A DNA stretch of 56,009 nucleotides, counting the filler, from Thelocarpon superellum (lineage: Eukaryota), in the NCBI GenBank assembly GCA_026025795.1. It is 3 parts of 3 records of this genome, joined end to end, with 100 filler letters (N's around TTAATTAATTAA, not from the genome) between each part and the next. Parts side by side here need not be neighbours in the genome. Positions count along the whole stretch, not along the records: positions 18,770 to 37,372 come from JAPEUG010000360.1; positions 37,473 to 56,009 come from JAPEUG010000361.1; 1 more part is not named here. One strand, written 5' to 3'. The position numbers and the translations under genes are program-made. Each line of letters opens with the position of its first letter. Position 1 is the first letter of the stretch. Shown one piece after another: positions 35,753-46,754 of this stretch. A model generated the notes under the pieces. The model did not search any database. It had not been told where the DNA came from and worked only from the letters and a program-made list of their open reading frames with translations.

Positions 35753-37366
35753 ATGGCGACCTTCGCTCGGTCTGTGAGCCCGTTCCTACGGACCACTCGG
35801 GTGTCTTGGCGACAAAAGAAGTCACTGCCGGAAGTCAATCCCGTGGGATATGTCTTCACTCCGGGCCGGCATGGAGCTTGCCTGGTCCGAGCCTCCCGAG
35901 GCATGGCCACGGTGTTTGAGAGGAAGAAGCCGCATGTGAACATCGGTAGGTGGCATCACGAAGGAGGGATGGCCAATGGATGTTAACGCGGACAGGAACC
36001 ATTGGCCACGTCGATCACGGAAAGGTTGTCGCAAGCTGGCCACCGATTGCAAAGGTTCCTTGCTCACATCGTAATAGACCACTCTGACGGCTGCCATCAC
36101 CAAGCGCCAAGCAGAAAAGGGATACGCGAAATTCCTCGACTATGGTTCCATTGACAAGGCCCCCGAGGAACGGAAGCGTGGCATCACCATCTCCACGGCA
36201 CACATTGAGTACGAAACGGACCCTCGCCATTACTCCCACGTCGACTGCCCGGGCCACGCGGATTACATCAAGAACATGATCACCGGGGCAGCCAACATGG
36301 ACGGGGCGGTCATCGTCGTTGCCGCCTCGGATGGACAAATGTGAGTGTCGGTGATTGGATGATGGCGGCAGTCCCTGATCGAGTCGCAGGCCGCAAACCC
36401 GCGAACATCTCCTGCTGGCCCGACAAGTCGGCGTGCAGAAGATCGTCGTCTTCGTCAACAAGGTCGACGCCATCGAAGACAAGGAGATGTTGGAGCTGGT
36501 GGAGATGGAGATGCGAGACTTGCTCACGACCTACGGCTTCGAGGGCGACGAGACCCCCATCATCTTGGGCTCGGCGCTGTGCGCGTTGGAAGGTCGACAG
36601 CCCGAGATTGGCGTGGAAAAGATTGATGCGCTCATGGATGCCGTTGACGCGTGGATTCCCACCCCACAGCGAGACTTGGACAAGCCCTTCCTGATGTCTG
36701 TCGAGGACGTCTTCTCCATCCCGGGGCGAGGGACCGTGGCGTCGGGGCGTGTGGAACGGGGGACGCTGAAGCGGGATGCGGAGGTGGAGCTGGTGGGCAA
36801 GACCGGTGCGCCCATCAAGACCAAAGTCACGGACATCGAGACCTTTAAGAAGTCGTGCGAGGAATCCCGCGCCGGAGATAATTCGGGCTTGTTGCTCCGC
36901 GGCGTCAAGCGGGAAGATGTCAAGCGGGGCATGGTCATCGCCAAACCCGGTTCCACCAAGGCACACACCAAGTTCATGTGCTCGATGTACGTGCTCACCA
37001 AGGAAGAAGGAGGTCGTCACACAGGGTTCCACGACAATTACCGACCGCAGCTCTTCGTCCGTACGGCTGGTACGTTTCTCTCCACCTCACTCGTGACCTC
37101 GCTCCTCTAACTCCCGTACAGACGAGGCCGCTGCCTTCCACTGGCCCGAGGGCACGGCCGATGCCAAGAGCAAAATGGTAATGCCTGGCGACAACGTGGA
37201 GATGGTGTGCGAGACGCACTCGCCGTTAGCGCTCGAGCCCGGGCAACGATTCAATATCCGCGAGGGCGGCAGGTAAGGGCCTCAATCCTCTCATCCCCTC
37301 CTCAGCATTTCTGACAATCGACTCAGGACCGTCGCGACGGGACTCGTGACTCAGATCATGGAGTAG
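35753..37366 (+). CDS. TUF1: Mitochondrial elongation factor Tu
   Basis: [81 protein letters not shown] and [13 protein letters not shown]. Five introns. Confidence 0.97.
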
Positions 37367-37372
37367 GGGCTG

Positions 37373-37472
37373 NNNNNNNNNNNNNNNNNNNNNNNNNNNN
37401 NNNNNNNNNNNNNNNNTTAATTAATTAANNNNNNNNNNNNNNNNNNNNNNNNNNNNNNNNNNNNNNNNNNNN
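37373..37472. other. Artificial contig-joining spacer
   Basis: Identical 44 N + TTAATTAATTAA + 44 N. Confidence 0.97.
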
Positions 37473-37553
37473 CCGCAGCCGCTTGGGCACGTCGGCCATT
37501 GCAAAGAGCGATATGGGGACAGGGACGGTACGGACAAGGACGGGACTGCCCAA

Positions 37554-38501
37554 ATGATGGCGAAGAAGCCCGCGGCATCGCAAGGATATGTCCTGAGCGG
37601 CCCAAATACACCAGTCCGACGCCAGTCAGTCTCAACTGCGGACGACGCTGTGACCGTCCTGGCGGCCACGCACCAGGATCTGAACAAGAAGGGCCCACTG
37701 CAGTCGATGATGGCAAACCATCGGGACCGTCTCGGACAACCCTCTGGGCATGTCTTATATCTCAGGCAAGACCAAAGGTCGAAGAAGGATGGAGATCGGG
37801 GTCTGGGTGTGGATGAGGAGAAGCAACATGAAAGCTACGGCACCCCTTCAATCGCGAAGCCTCCAACCGTCGCTCGGCGAGGGGAAGAGATCGGGTTGAT
37901 CAGTGACGCAATGGCCGCGGCAAATGTCGCCGCCTACTTCAGCGGGCCAGAACGCAGCGCCGGTCAACGCACGGCAGAACGCGAGCTCATCCGGGCCATG
38001 GGCACCTCACCCTTCTGCGAGCCCCAGATCCACGACGTCATCAAGTGGGCGGACGAGCTGTTCTTCCAGAAGAAGCTGCAGTCCCGGGTCGAGTGGCGCT
38101 GGTCGGACGACGTCGACCCCTGCGCCGTCGCCACCACCGGCCTGCGCCGGCTTGGCCCCGGCCGATTCCGCGCGCAGATCACCCTCTCTCAACCCGTGCT
38201 ACAGAGTGGCCGGTACGACCAGCGTTTGCTCATCGCCGCCATCCTGCACGAAGCAATCCACTCCTACCTCATCATTTGCTGCGGCGTCGACGCCACGTTG
38301 CGCGGCGGACACCCGCCTGGCTTCGTGCAGATCGCCCAGCTCATCGACGAATGGGTGGACAACAGGCACTACCTCCACCTCTCTGACATCCGGGCGAAGA
38401 TGGAGCACTTTGAGCTTGAAACCCCACCACGGGCGGCCCAGCCCAGGCCAGTACGGGTGGGACGGCACGCAGCACCACGTCGTGGGCGCGCCTGTGCATA
38501 A
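37554..38501 (+). CDS. SprT-like zinc metalloprotease domain protein
   Basis: ADELFFQKKL..VEWRWS, ITLS, LIAAILHEAIHSYL (HExxH) and GGHPPGF match the SprT-like layout. The start lies close to a contig end, so it is uncertain. Confidence 0.75.
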   Translation: MMAKKPAASQGYVLSGPNTPVRRQSVSTADDAVTVLAATHQDLNKKGPLQSMMANHRDRLGQPSGHVLYLRQDQRSKKDGDRGLGVDEEKQHESYGTPSIAKPPTVARRGEEIGLISDAMAAANVAAYFSGPERSAGQRTAERELIRAMGTSPFCEPQIHDVIKWADELFFQKKLQSRVEWRWSDDVDPCAVATTGLRRLGPGRFRAQITLSQPVLQSGRYDQRLLIAAILHEAIHSYLIICCGVDATLRGGHPPGFVQIAQLIDEWVDNRHYLHLSDIRAKMEHFELETPPRAAQPRPVRVGRHAAPRRGRACA

Positions 38502-39264
38502 GGTCTCTCTTGCTTCGGATCCTCTATCTTCCTCCTTGTGGTGGTGGCTGGTGGATTTTTGATCACTTTGGTTGCCTTCTTTTCATCTTTGAGCTTGCCC
38601 TTGCATTCTAGATGAGAGAAGGTTGGAGGGTTTGGCGGGCGGGTAGCAGGGTGAGCAATTCTTACGCGGCGGACGATGTAATGGATTTTGGAGAATTTCG
38701 CAGGACGCAAAGAGAATAGAAGCCAAGAGAGATGGAGATGCAAGAACTACGTCTTCTACCTCGGACATCAATGAAACAAAGACCCCGTTGGCAAGTACTT
38801 TGAATTGGAATGAGCTGGAGCTAGACTTGGACCTGGACCTGGACTGCGGTCAACTCAAGAAGAGGAACAACAGGGAGGGGACGAGACGAGAGACGAATCG
38901 GCGCGATACATCGTACACAGCAAGGAATTCCATTCACCCACTCAGTCAAAGAAAAGAAGAGGCGCAATGCGCAACGGGAGTGAGCGACATCTTTCCCATA
39001 ACACGAACCACCACCATCACCCCCACTCGCGGCGCATCAACGCGTCGTGTTGGTTGTTAGTTCCCAATTACGTCCGTCATACAAAACGTGCATGCCATCT
39101 GTCCGTCGCATACCTGCCTCCACCTCTACCCCTCCAAGAACAGGTCGATAGCCGGAAAGATAGGAAAGGTTGGAGAGGTCGGTAGGGGAATCATCCACGG
39201 AGAAGAAAGGGGAAGACCGAGAGAGCAGGCAAGGAGAGCAGGGAGGAGAGGTTGGAGAGGTAGG

Positions 39265-39285
39265 TAGGGTAGGGTAGGGTAGGGG
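39265..39285 (+). repeat. (TAGGG)4 microsatellite, G-quadruplex-capable
   Basis: tagggtagggtagggtagggg downstream of the HMG gene stop codon. Confidence 0.8.
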
Positions 39286-39398
39286 CCAAAGAAAAACGAC
39301 AAGGGATCGGTCCAGACGCTTCCCTCCAACGAGAGACACCACACCCCCCCGCTCCCCCATTCCCACTCCCTTCCTTCGCTCCATCGCGCAATCACGCC

Positions 39399-40819
39399 TC
39401 AGTCGTCGCCGGCGGCGCTCTTGCGCTTCTTCTTCGAGGCTCGCTTCTCCTTTCCGGAAGCTTGAGACTCAGGTTTCTTGACACTTTCTACTGGTGTCGG
39501 TTCGACGTGGCTCACCTCGTCCGCCTGGCTCTTGCGGTCGCTGCGCTTCCTCTTCTTCTTGTTGTCGCCCTCTTTCTCGCCCTCCTTGGATGCGGGTGCG
39601 CTGGACCCGCTCGCTTTGACCCCCGGCGGCGCCACGGGCGTCACCTTGCTTGGCACCGGCGCGTCGCTCGTCGCCTTGGGCGTCTCCTCGGCCTTGCCCG
39701 ACTTGCGGCGTCGCGCCGCCTTGGGCGCCTTGGCGGGCGCGGGGGCCTCGACGGCTGGCTCCTCGGCTTCGGCTGCCAGCACGTCGGCCTCTTCTTCCGT
39801 CACCGCGCCGTTCTCTGCCGCCAACTGTGCGGCGGCGGCGTCGCCACCGCCTGTACTGGCCTTGTATGCCGCGACGCGCTTGCGATACTCGGGAAGACTC
39901 GCTTCATACGCCACTTTCCACAACTAGATCAAGCCCGTTGGTGGGGAACGACAAGCTGGAAGGGAGAGGGAGGACGTACGGCTTTCTCCTCCTCCGTCAT
40001 GGCTTTCCATCGACGCGTTCCCTCGGCGCTAATGGCGCCGGGCTTGGCCTCGCCCCCCAGGTCAGAGGTGATGACAGGACGCGCGGATTGCATATACAGG
40101 AAGTACGGCGTCAGCGGGCGCTTGGGCGCATTCGGATCGTGGTATCGCTTCTTCTTCTTCTTTCCGTCTTCGGCCTCGGCGGCCGCCGCGGCGGCATCTT
40201 TGGCCGATGGCACGGCAGCGACCAGCGTCTTGCCCGTCAGAGACGTGGGGAAGGCTGGAGTTTCGAGCAGATCCAGAGTCGCGCCGGGGGCATGGCCTAG
40301 CACCGTGTTGGTGTGGACAATATAGGCGCGCGAGAGCTGATGGACCGCGGTGCTGAGCGTATCAAAGCCGGCGACCACCTGTAAGCATGTCAGATGAAAG
40401 GCGACGCGACCGCAAGCGAACATGTTTCCGTGTTGTTTGGCCGGCATTACGCGGGAAAAAAATCAAACCGGCGCCGAGGGAAATGGATTGAGTGCGGTAC
40501 GATCGGTCGCGGTGGAAGAGCGACCGGGGAGATCGTGAGAAGGCCCATAGTGGAGCACAAAGAGTAGGACGGGCATTGCGCGCGACCACCAGAAAGCTCC
40601 CGTCACCCCGCGGTGAAGGTGAGCGGCGAAGTGGGGCGCGATGCTCGGTAACAGAGGTGGCAGACGAGAGAGTGATGGGGAGTGACGCGCATCAAAACAA
40701 AGACGCCGCCGGCTTACCGAGTCTCTCGACCGCTTGAAGTCTTCCACGCTGACCTGGAGCACCGCCGCATCCTTCGGCTTCTCCTTGGACTTTTCTTCGC
40801 CTTTCTTGGGACGCGCCAT
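39399..40819 (-). CDS. HMG-box chromatin protein (Hmo1-like) with Lys-rich tail
   Basis: MARPKKGEE..., HMG box KKKKRYHDPNAPKRPLTPYFLYMQSARP...GTRRWKAMTEEEKA|LWKVAY. Introns 40379-40717 and ~39924-39979. Confidence 0.92.
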
Positions 40820-43804
40820 GTCGCGCTGATGTCAAATACCGGAGGAAAGAGCGAGAGCTGCGAATGCGCCAACTCAATGCTGGGTGGGGAGCAGGTGGCG
40901 GGTGTTGACGGTGAGCGCGCGATCTGGCACTGATCCGAAAGGCTGACGGAGGGTGGACAGTGGAGGGTGTAGGGTGGTTGCAGATGGAGGAAGTTAAACC
41001 GACGCGCGGCCGGGACGGGCTCAGTTAAAAGGGCTGGGGGCCTTCTGGGTAGCAAGGTTGTTCAGCGACACGGCCGGCCTCGCCTATTCTCTCGGCCTTC
41101 TCCTCGCACCCACACCCCAGCGACCTTTAGCACCCGGCGCACCGCCAGTACTCGTGCTCGCGCGCGCGCGCTCACCCGCACCCGGGGACTCGCGGCACCC
41201 TGTGTGCCAGGTGCTGGGCGCCAGGCGCCAGGTGCAAAGTGCATAGTGCCCGCTGCGCCAGAGCCGCTCGCCAAATGTTCGCGTTTAGGCGGGCCCCGTA
41301 CTAAGCTACTGACTCCTCCGTACAGACGGGTACGAAGTATCGTGCTAGAGTCTCGTTAGAGGAGAGCGCCGTTTGCCGCAACCCCCGGACGGCGTCAACA
41401 CAGCGAGGCCCCTGCCCGGCCTCCAGCGAAGTGGCCGGCCGCCTAAAGCACGCAAGCTAGTAATGGCGCCGCTGCCTGTGCTTCGGCTGCGAGGTGTGGA
41501 CCACTCCCTTACCTGCCCAGGTGGGTCAAGGGTGGTCTGGGACACTCAAAGCTTTCCCCCGTCACTGAGAGCTTTCTGACACGATCGGCTTCCTGAGTCA
41601 GAACGCATCGTTACCCTACGGAGTCGCCGGAGTCGCCGAAATCGCCTAGGCGTCCCTGCGTGCATCCCGCTCTGGGCCAGGTGAGGCCCGCCGCTGTAGC
41701 GATCGTGGCCTCTACCGCCCAGGCAGCCAACGCCCAAACTCTCGGCTGGCTCTCCTTGGGACTGTGCCGCACACTGAAAGCCTGTCGAACCCCACTGTCC
41801 GAAATACTCGTAGAAGTAATGTTATCCCTCTGTCGGTGCGCCGACTCGTGCTCTAGGCCCGTAGCTACGGTCGCAAACACCCGGAAACACCAACCTGCCG
41901 CGGATCAACCTCTCCCGGGGGCCACAATACGATAGCAGTACCTGCCCGCCGCAACCGTCCCAAAACCCTCAGCCCATCTCGACTAGGGCTACTCCTTGCG
42001 CACTGAAATAAACCAAGGATGCTCGGACACCAACGACCGATATCTTGAGTCGATCAGTCAGGCCGTGGAGGCTGCGGGAGGCAGAGGACGTGGCGACATG
42101 TTTGGGAGACAAGGAAATACGATAGCACGTAGCCTGCTCCTCGTGGGCGTGCATCAGAGAGCACGATGGAATTGACACAGGCGCGGACCGGGGGGTGGAC
42201 ATGAGGTGTGCAGCGGGGAAACAGTGAATGTCGACCAATCAAACCAGGTGCGGGCATGGTCCCCCAAGTTCCTCTCCGACCCTAGTGACCTTATCGCATG
42301 CACCTCTGGCGAAATTGAGAGCGTCGCAGCGCGCTCTACGACCACGCAGCCGGGCGACAGCAAGGGTGAATGTGACGGTCGGCGCGGTCGCTGCACGCGC
42401 GCTGGACGCACCGCATGCCCAAGTCCGCCTAGCCAGCTCCAATCCACGTCTTTCGGACCCACCTGACCGCGAGGAAGCAATGGGATGCGTGGTGGACTGG
42501 CTAGGCATGGTGGGGTACTCGTACGACCTAACGAGCATCCACAGCCTATGGGGAACCCCCGGCGAGAAGCAAGCGTGCAGGTCGCCGCCGGCCCTCCCAG
42601 GCACACCACAGGCTTGCTCAACGCCCGCCTCCCCACCCCCCCCAGCACGCGACAGAGCCAACTCACACGAGCGATATTCGCTTCCCCTAGCTCCCTTCGG
42701 CTGACCCGAACACGCCAGACCCATCGTCTTTGTCTACGTCGATCTTACGGGTATGGCGGAGGGGCCCCCATTCCTGCGGCGTGGCGCCGACGGTGTGGAG
42801 GGACCCACTGGTCCGCGCAGTTACCGTGCCAGTGCTCGTACGCTCGCAAGCGCCGATAGGACGGCATTCAGGATGCCACGACATTTACGACGTTCAGCAT
42901 CCAGTAGTGGCAGTCGGGAGCGTGGAGCCGGGCACCTCAATGAGCACCTGAATGAGTATTCACATGTGTTGCACTGACGATGGTCAGTAACCTCCTGTTT
43001 TCCTGAAATGGTTGTGGTCACTGGGCAAATGGCCGGCCGTTGTTCGACGGAGATGTCGCCCCGTTTCTGACCCCAGGTCACAGCTCGCGCCCTTTCCCTG
43101 CGGTACTCGTACAGGCTCGGAAGACTACCGCGACCTCCCAGCACCCACCCTGGCAGCCGATGCAAGCCCCGTCCAAGTGGCCGTACCGTCATCCCTCTAC
43201 CTCTTCCACACCCTTGCTTAGCGACCGCTCGCGTACCTGGACTACCGGCGGACGACCAGACAGCTGCCCCATTTGAGGCTCGTCCAAGCAAGTACGGCGC
43301 CTTGAACGTCGGCCTCAACGGAACGTCCAGCTCTGCTGCTGCCAGCGGGCTGCACGGCCAAACTCAAACACGCCCGCCGACCTACGGCGACTCACATCCA
43401 GGTCCCCTCTCACTCTCTGCCTCTTCCACCTGGCCAAGCCCCTCGACCGTCACATCCGTGTACCGTCCCCTACGTCTCTGCGTCGCCTCGTCGGCCTCAC
43501 CCTCCGTCTCGTTTGCCTGAACACGCGCAGCCTAGTCCATCCATGTCACCACCGTGATCGACCGTCGTGGCTGCGCTCAAGGCCACCACCGCTCGTTTTA
43601 CTCCGACTCCGGCTTGTCGAATCCCCCGCTCCCTTCCGCTCAGTCGGGCACGAGATCGCGGTGATCAGGCACCGTCCGAGGCGCGAGCGCCCCTGTCTAG
43701 GCCGTGGGAAGGTCCTGTCCCCTCCCTTCGCCCCGCCCCACGTTCTGCCCGGCTGGTCCTCCGCTCCGGGACCGTCGTCGCCTTCCTCCTCTCAGACGGC
43801 CATA

Positions 43805-44587
43805 ATGCATCGTACGTCGTTGCCCGGGCTCGTTTACTACCATCTGTACCCTCACCCGCGGCCGAACGACCCGCACAACTTCGCGACGCATCTCACGCGG
43901 AATCTGGTGCCTGAGGTTCGGGCGGAGACGCAGACGTTCTACGGCACGCTCGACTGCATCGAGGCTCGCTATCCCGGTCTCAACTACACCCATCCTCCTC
44001 ACCGCATGCGCCTCTCCCGCTTCACGCATCACCGCCGACTGTTCCGCGCCTTCGATGAGCTCGGCTTGACGGATGACGAGATCCTCAGTCTCTGTCGATG
44101 GGAGGGCACGCGCTGGGCACGCGAACGATATGAGCGTGAGGAGGGCGTGCGGGTGCGCGATACGACTGGCGATGAGATCCCCGACTGGGTCGAGCCGGTC
44201 AAGCATCGCCTCTTTTCCGCCCATGCGTCGGCCGAAGCCGTGGCCGACTTGGCGTTCAGCCTCATCGGACGAGGCCCGGGTGGAGAAGCGCTGCAGCAGG
44301 CCGAGGAGGAGAGCGAAGATGAGATGGAGAGCGTCGGCATCGAGCTGAACCAGCGACTTAGCGCGGCCGCGGAGGCACGAGAGCGAGGCGCCGACGTAGT
44401 CATGGATGAGGCCTGGGAGCAATGGCTCAAAGAGGCCGCCGAGCGAGGGGTCCTCGCCGACCCCGTCGCCGCCTTCCGTGCCGGTCACACCTTTCCTCCC
44501 ATCGCCGCAGTGGCAACCGAGGTCGTCTCCGCGACACGAATCTCGTCCACAGCATCAACAATGCCGCCCGCTGGTACGGCCATGTGA
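43805..44587 (+). CDS. Conserved fungal hypothetical protein
   Basis: Single exon, 260 aa, globular-looking core NLVPEVRAETQTFYG..IEARYPGLNY..HRRLFRAFDELGLT..LCRWEGTRWARERYE, plus WEQWLKEAAE. Confidence 0.85.
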   Translation: MHRTSLPGLVYYHLYPHPRPNDPHNFATHLTRNLVPEVRAETQTFYGTLDCIEARYPGLNYTHPPHRMRLSRFTHHRRLFRAFDELGLTDDEILSLCRWEGTRWARERYEREEGVRVRDTTGDEIPDWVEPVKHRLFSAHASAEAVADLAFSLIGRGPGGEALQQAEEESEDEMESVGIELNQRLSAAAEARERGADVVMDEAWEQWLKEAAERGVLADPVAAFRAGHTFPPIAAVATEVVSATRISSTASTMPPAGTAM

Positions 44588-45129
44588 TGGACAGCATGGA
44601 CATTGGCGCCGATCCACGATCCCTTCCTTGACCTCTGGCCCCCGCGCGAGGCTGCACCGCGCCGCGTCGCGGAAGATTTATGGGATCCTCTACTTTCCCC
44701 CCACCATCTTCACACATCCATACCAGCATTCTCGGTCACGTCTCATCTGGATTACGACGTCTGATGTCGCTTCATGTCCCCCGAACATACATGGCTCTAA
44801 TATCCCGGCTGATGCCCCTTTCCCCGCGTTCCCGCTGCGCTGGCTCGCTCGATGGCTTCTCGCGTCTTTACTCCTTCCACCAATAGTTGAACGCCCTACG
44901 AGCATAGCAATGACACCCCTAAGCCCTACCTTGCCCTTTCCGCCACCCTAACCCGCTAGGCAGCCGCTCTCTTGGTGATCTGTATATAGCAGCCGGCATG
45001 ATCTGAAGCCAACAAGTCTTTGCATATCCCGACCTCAGCCTTGGAATCGCGGTAACGATTGATTGGCAAATCTTGTTTGTCTTCATGCTATCACATAGTA
45101 CAGTAATCGCATCTCAGCATAGCGAGATA

Positions 45130-46434
45130 TCAATGATTTTTCTCCACAATCTCGCGCGCAAAGGCAGCAAAATCACGCTTTTCGTCCACCATCTCATCGA
45201 GATTGGGCTCTGGTGGATACGGGTTGAATCAGCGAACGTTTCGTTCATTCTCGATAGAGACATGACCTGAGATGCGTGGAGGGCTTGACTCACGGGTGAA
45301 GACGGCGATTGTGTTTCTCGCAATGCTACCTTGATCTCGCCTTGTCTTGGCTCCCTTGACAAAGTGAGGCACGGCCCTGAACTTTCCTTTGGTGATGATC
45401 TCGAGCGCTTCGCCCGTCTGAAATGCCAGACAGTCACGAGGGATGCTGATCTTGACCGTCTCACCTGTGCGACTGCGGATGTACAGTCCGGCCGACGGAT
45501 CTGGCGAGGTGGCTAGTTCGGGCAGGGGCGGGAGCGTTGACATGTCTGGACGGGCGTCGGTGGGGATGACAGGCAGGGTCCAGGATTCGTCGATGAACAT
45601 GGCTGACGTGAGTCCCGTCAGGCAGCCGTGGTCGAGGTGCGTGGCACACCAGTCATCTTCCTCCTTGGCGGATTCGAGTTGCCGGCCTGTGTCTGATGGG
45701 CGCGGGAAGTAGTGAAGCAATCGTGCTTTCGTCGTCGTGCTGTCTTTGACCATCTTTTCCAGACAGCCCGGCCGGTAGCCCTCAATTGTTGTTTCGGCAT
45801 ACTGGTCGCAGGCTCTCGCCACCAAGACCGCGGTATCGATGATGAGCGTGCAGAGTTCCTCGAATGTCGAGCGAAACGCCGGAAGCAGAGTCTCTGGTGG
45901 CCAGACGTTGGGAGCCGTGTATTCTGGAAAGGATGGATAGTCTCCTTGGGCGCCAGAAAGCGTTGGGTCCTTGTAAAAGGCGCAATTGACATAGTATGAC
46001 CCCTTTAAGGTGTCATAGACGCCTGACTTAAGCGTTTCGCGCCCACAGGACCATCCGACGAGCCACTTGGCTTCTGGACTTTCTAGTTGGCCTAACATTA
46101 TGGCTGTAAGCCTGCCGAGCCTATACTCACGATTCAATACGGCATGACTCACTGAGTTCCTCCGCCGGCAGGTTTGCCAGGTAGGAGGAATAGGACAGCA
46201 AGCGGAGCCGTAGCTCCGCGAACTTGGCCGGCAGATCTTTCACGACGATAATCCCTAGTGACGTTTGTCCAAACGCGTTCTCCAGGGCACTGAACGGAAT
46301 GGATCCTGGACATGTTAGTTGTGCTTCAGATTGCGACTCGGCTCGTGAAGCGGGGGGCCCCATATACCTGCTTGCAGTGCCTGGAGGCTAACCACGACGG
46401 CCTGCTGTGAAGCCGGAGGTGCCTCATCCATCAT
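45130..46434 (-). CDS. 2-oxoglutarate/Fe(II)-dependent oxygenase (IPNS/clavaminate synthase-like fold)
   Basis: AFGQTSLGIIVVKD, GWSCGRETL, KGSYY, KARLLHYFP, WCATHLDHGCLTGL (HxD), AFQTGEALE, AVPHFV (third ligand His) and RNTIAVFT|QP. Three introns. Confidence 0.9.
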
Positions 46435-46754
46435 CCTATGTGATCATGTCCAATCCCGACAATCTCGTCCCGAGTCCTGGAGGATGAAAAATAGGAATTC
46501 CGGTGGCATGGCGGAATGTCCGATGCCATCGCGATGGCGGGGCAAGATAAGGCACATGCCCTCCCGGTTGAGCAGCCGGGCCAGGCGGGTGGCCAAGGCT
46601 TTAGCTGATTGAGTTTGCGCGAGCGATGATATGCGTTCCGCCGAGCTTTTAGACGGTCCCGCCCCATGGCTGCGGACAAGCGCATCTACCGAGCGGTCCT
46701 AACCATCCTTCTCCCTCGGTCTGGCTGCGCCTCAGCCAACACTCGTTCCCAGCG

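Noticed and set aside
41780..41800. GGTTCGA T-loop-like motif on the minus strand
   Set aside because: No cloverleaf stems or A-box around it; other GTTCGA hits fall inside genes.
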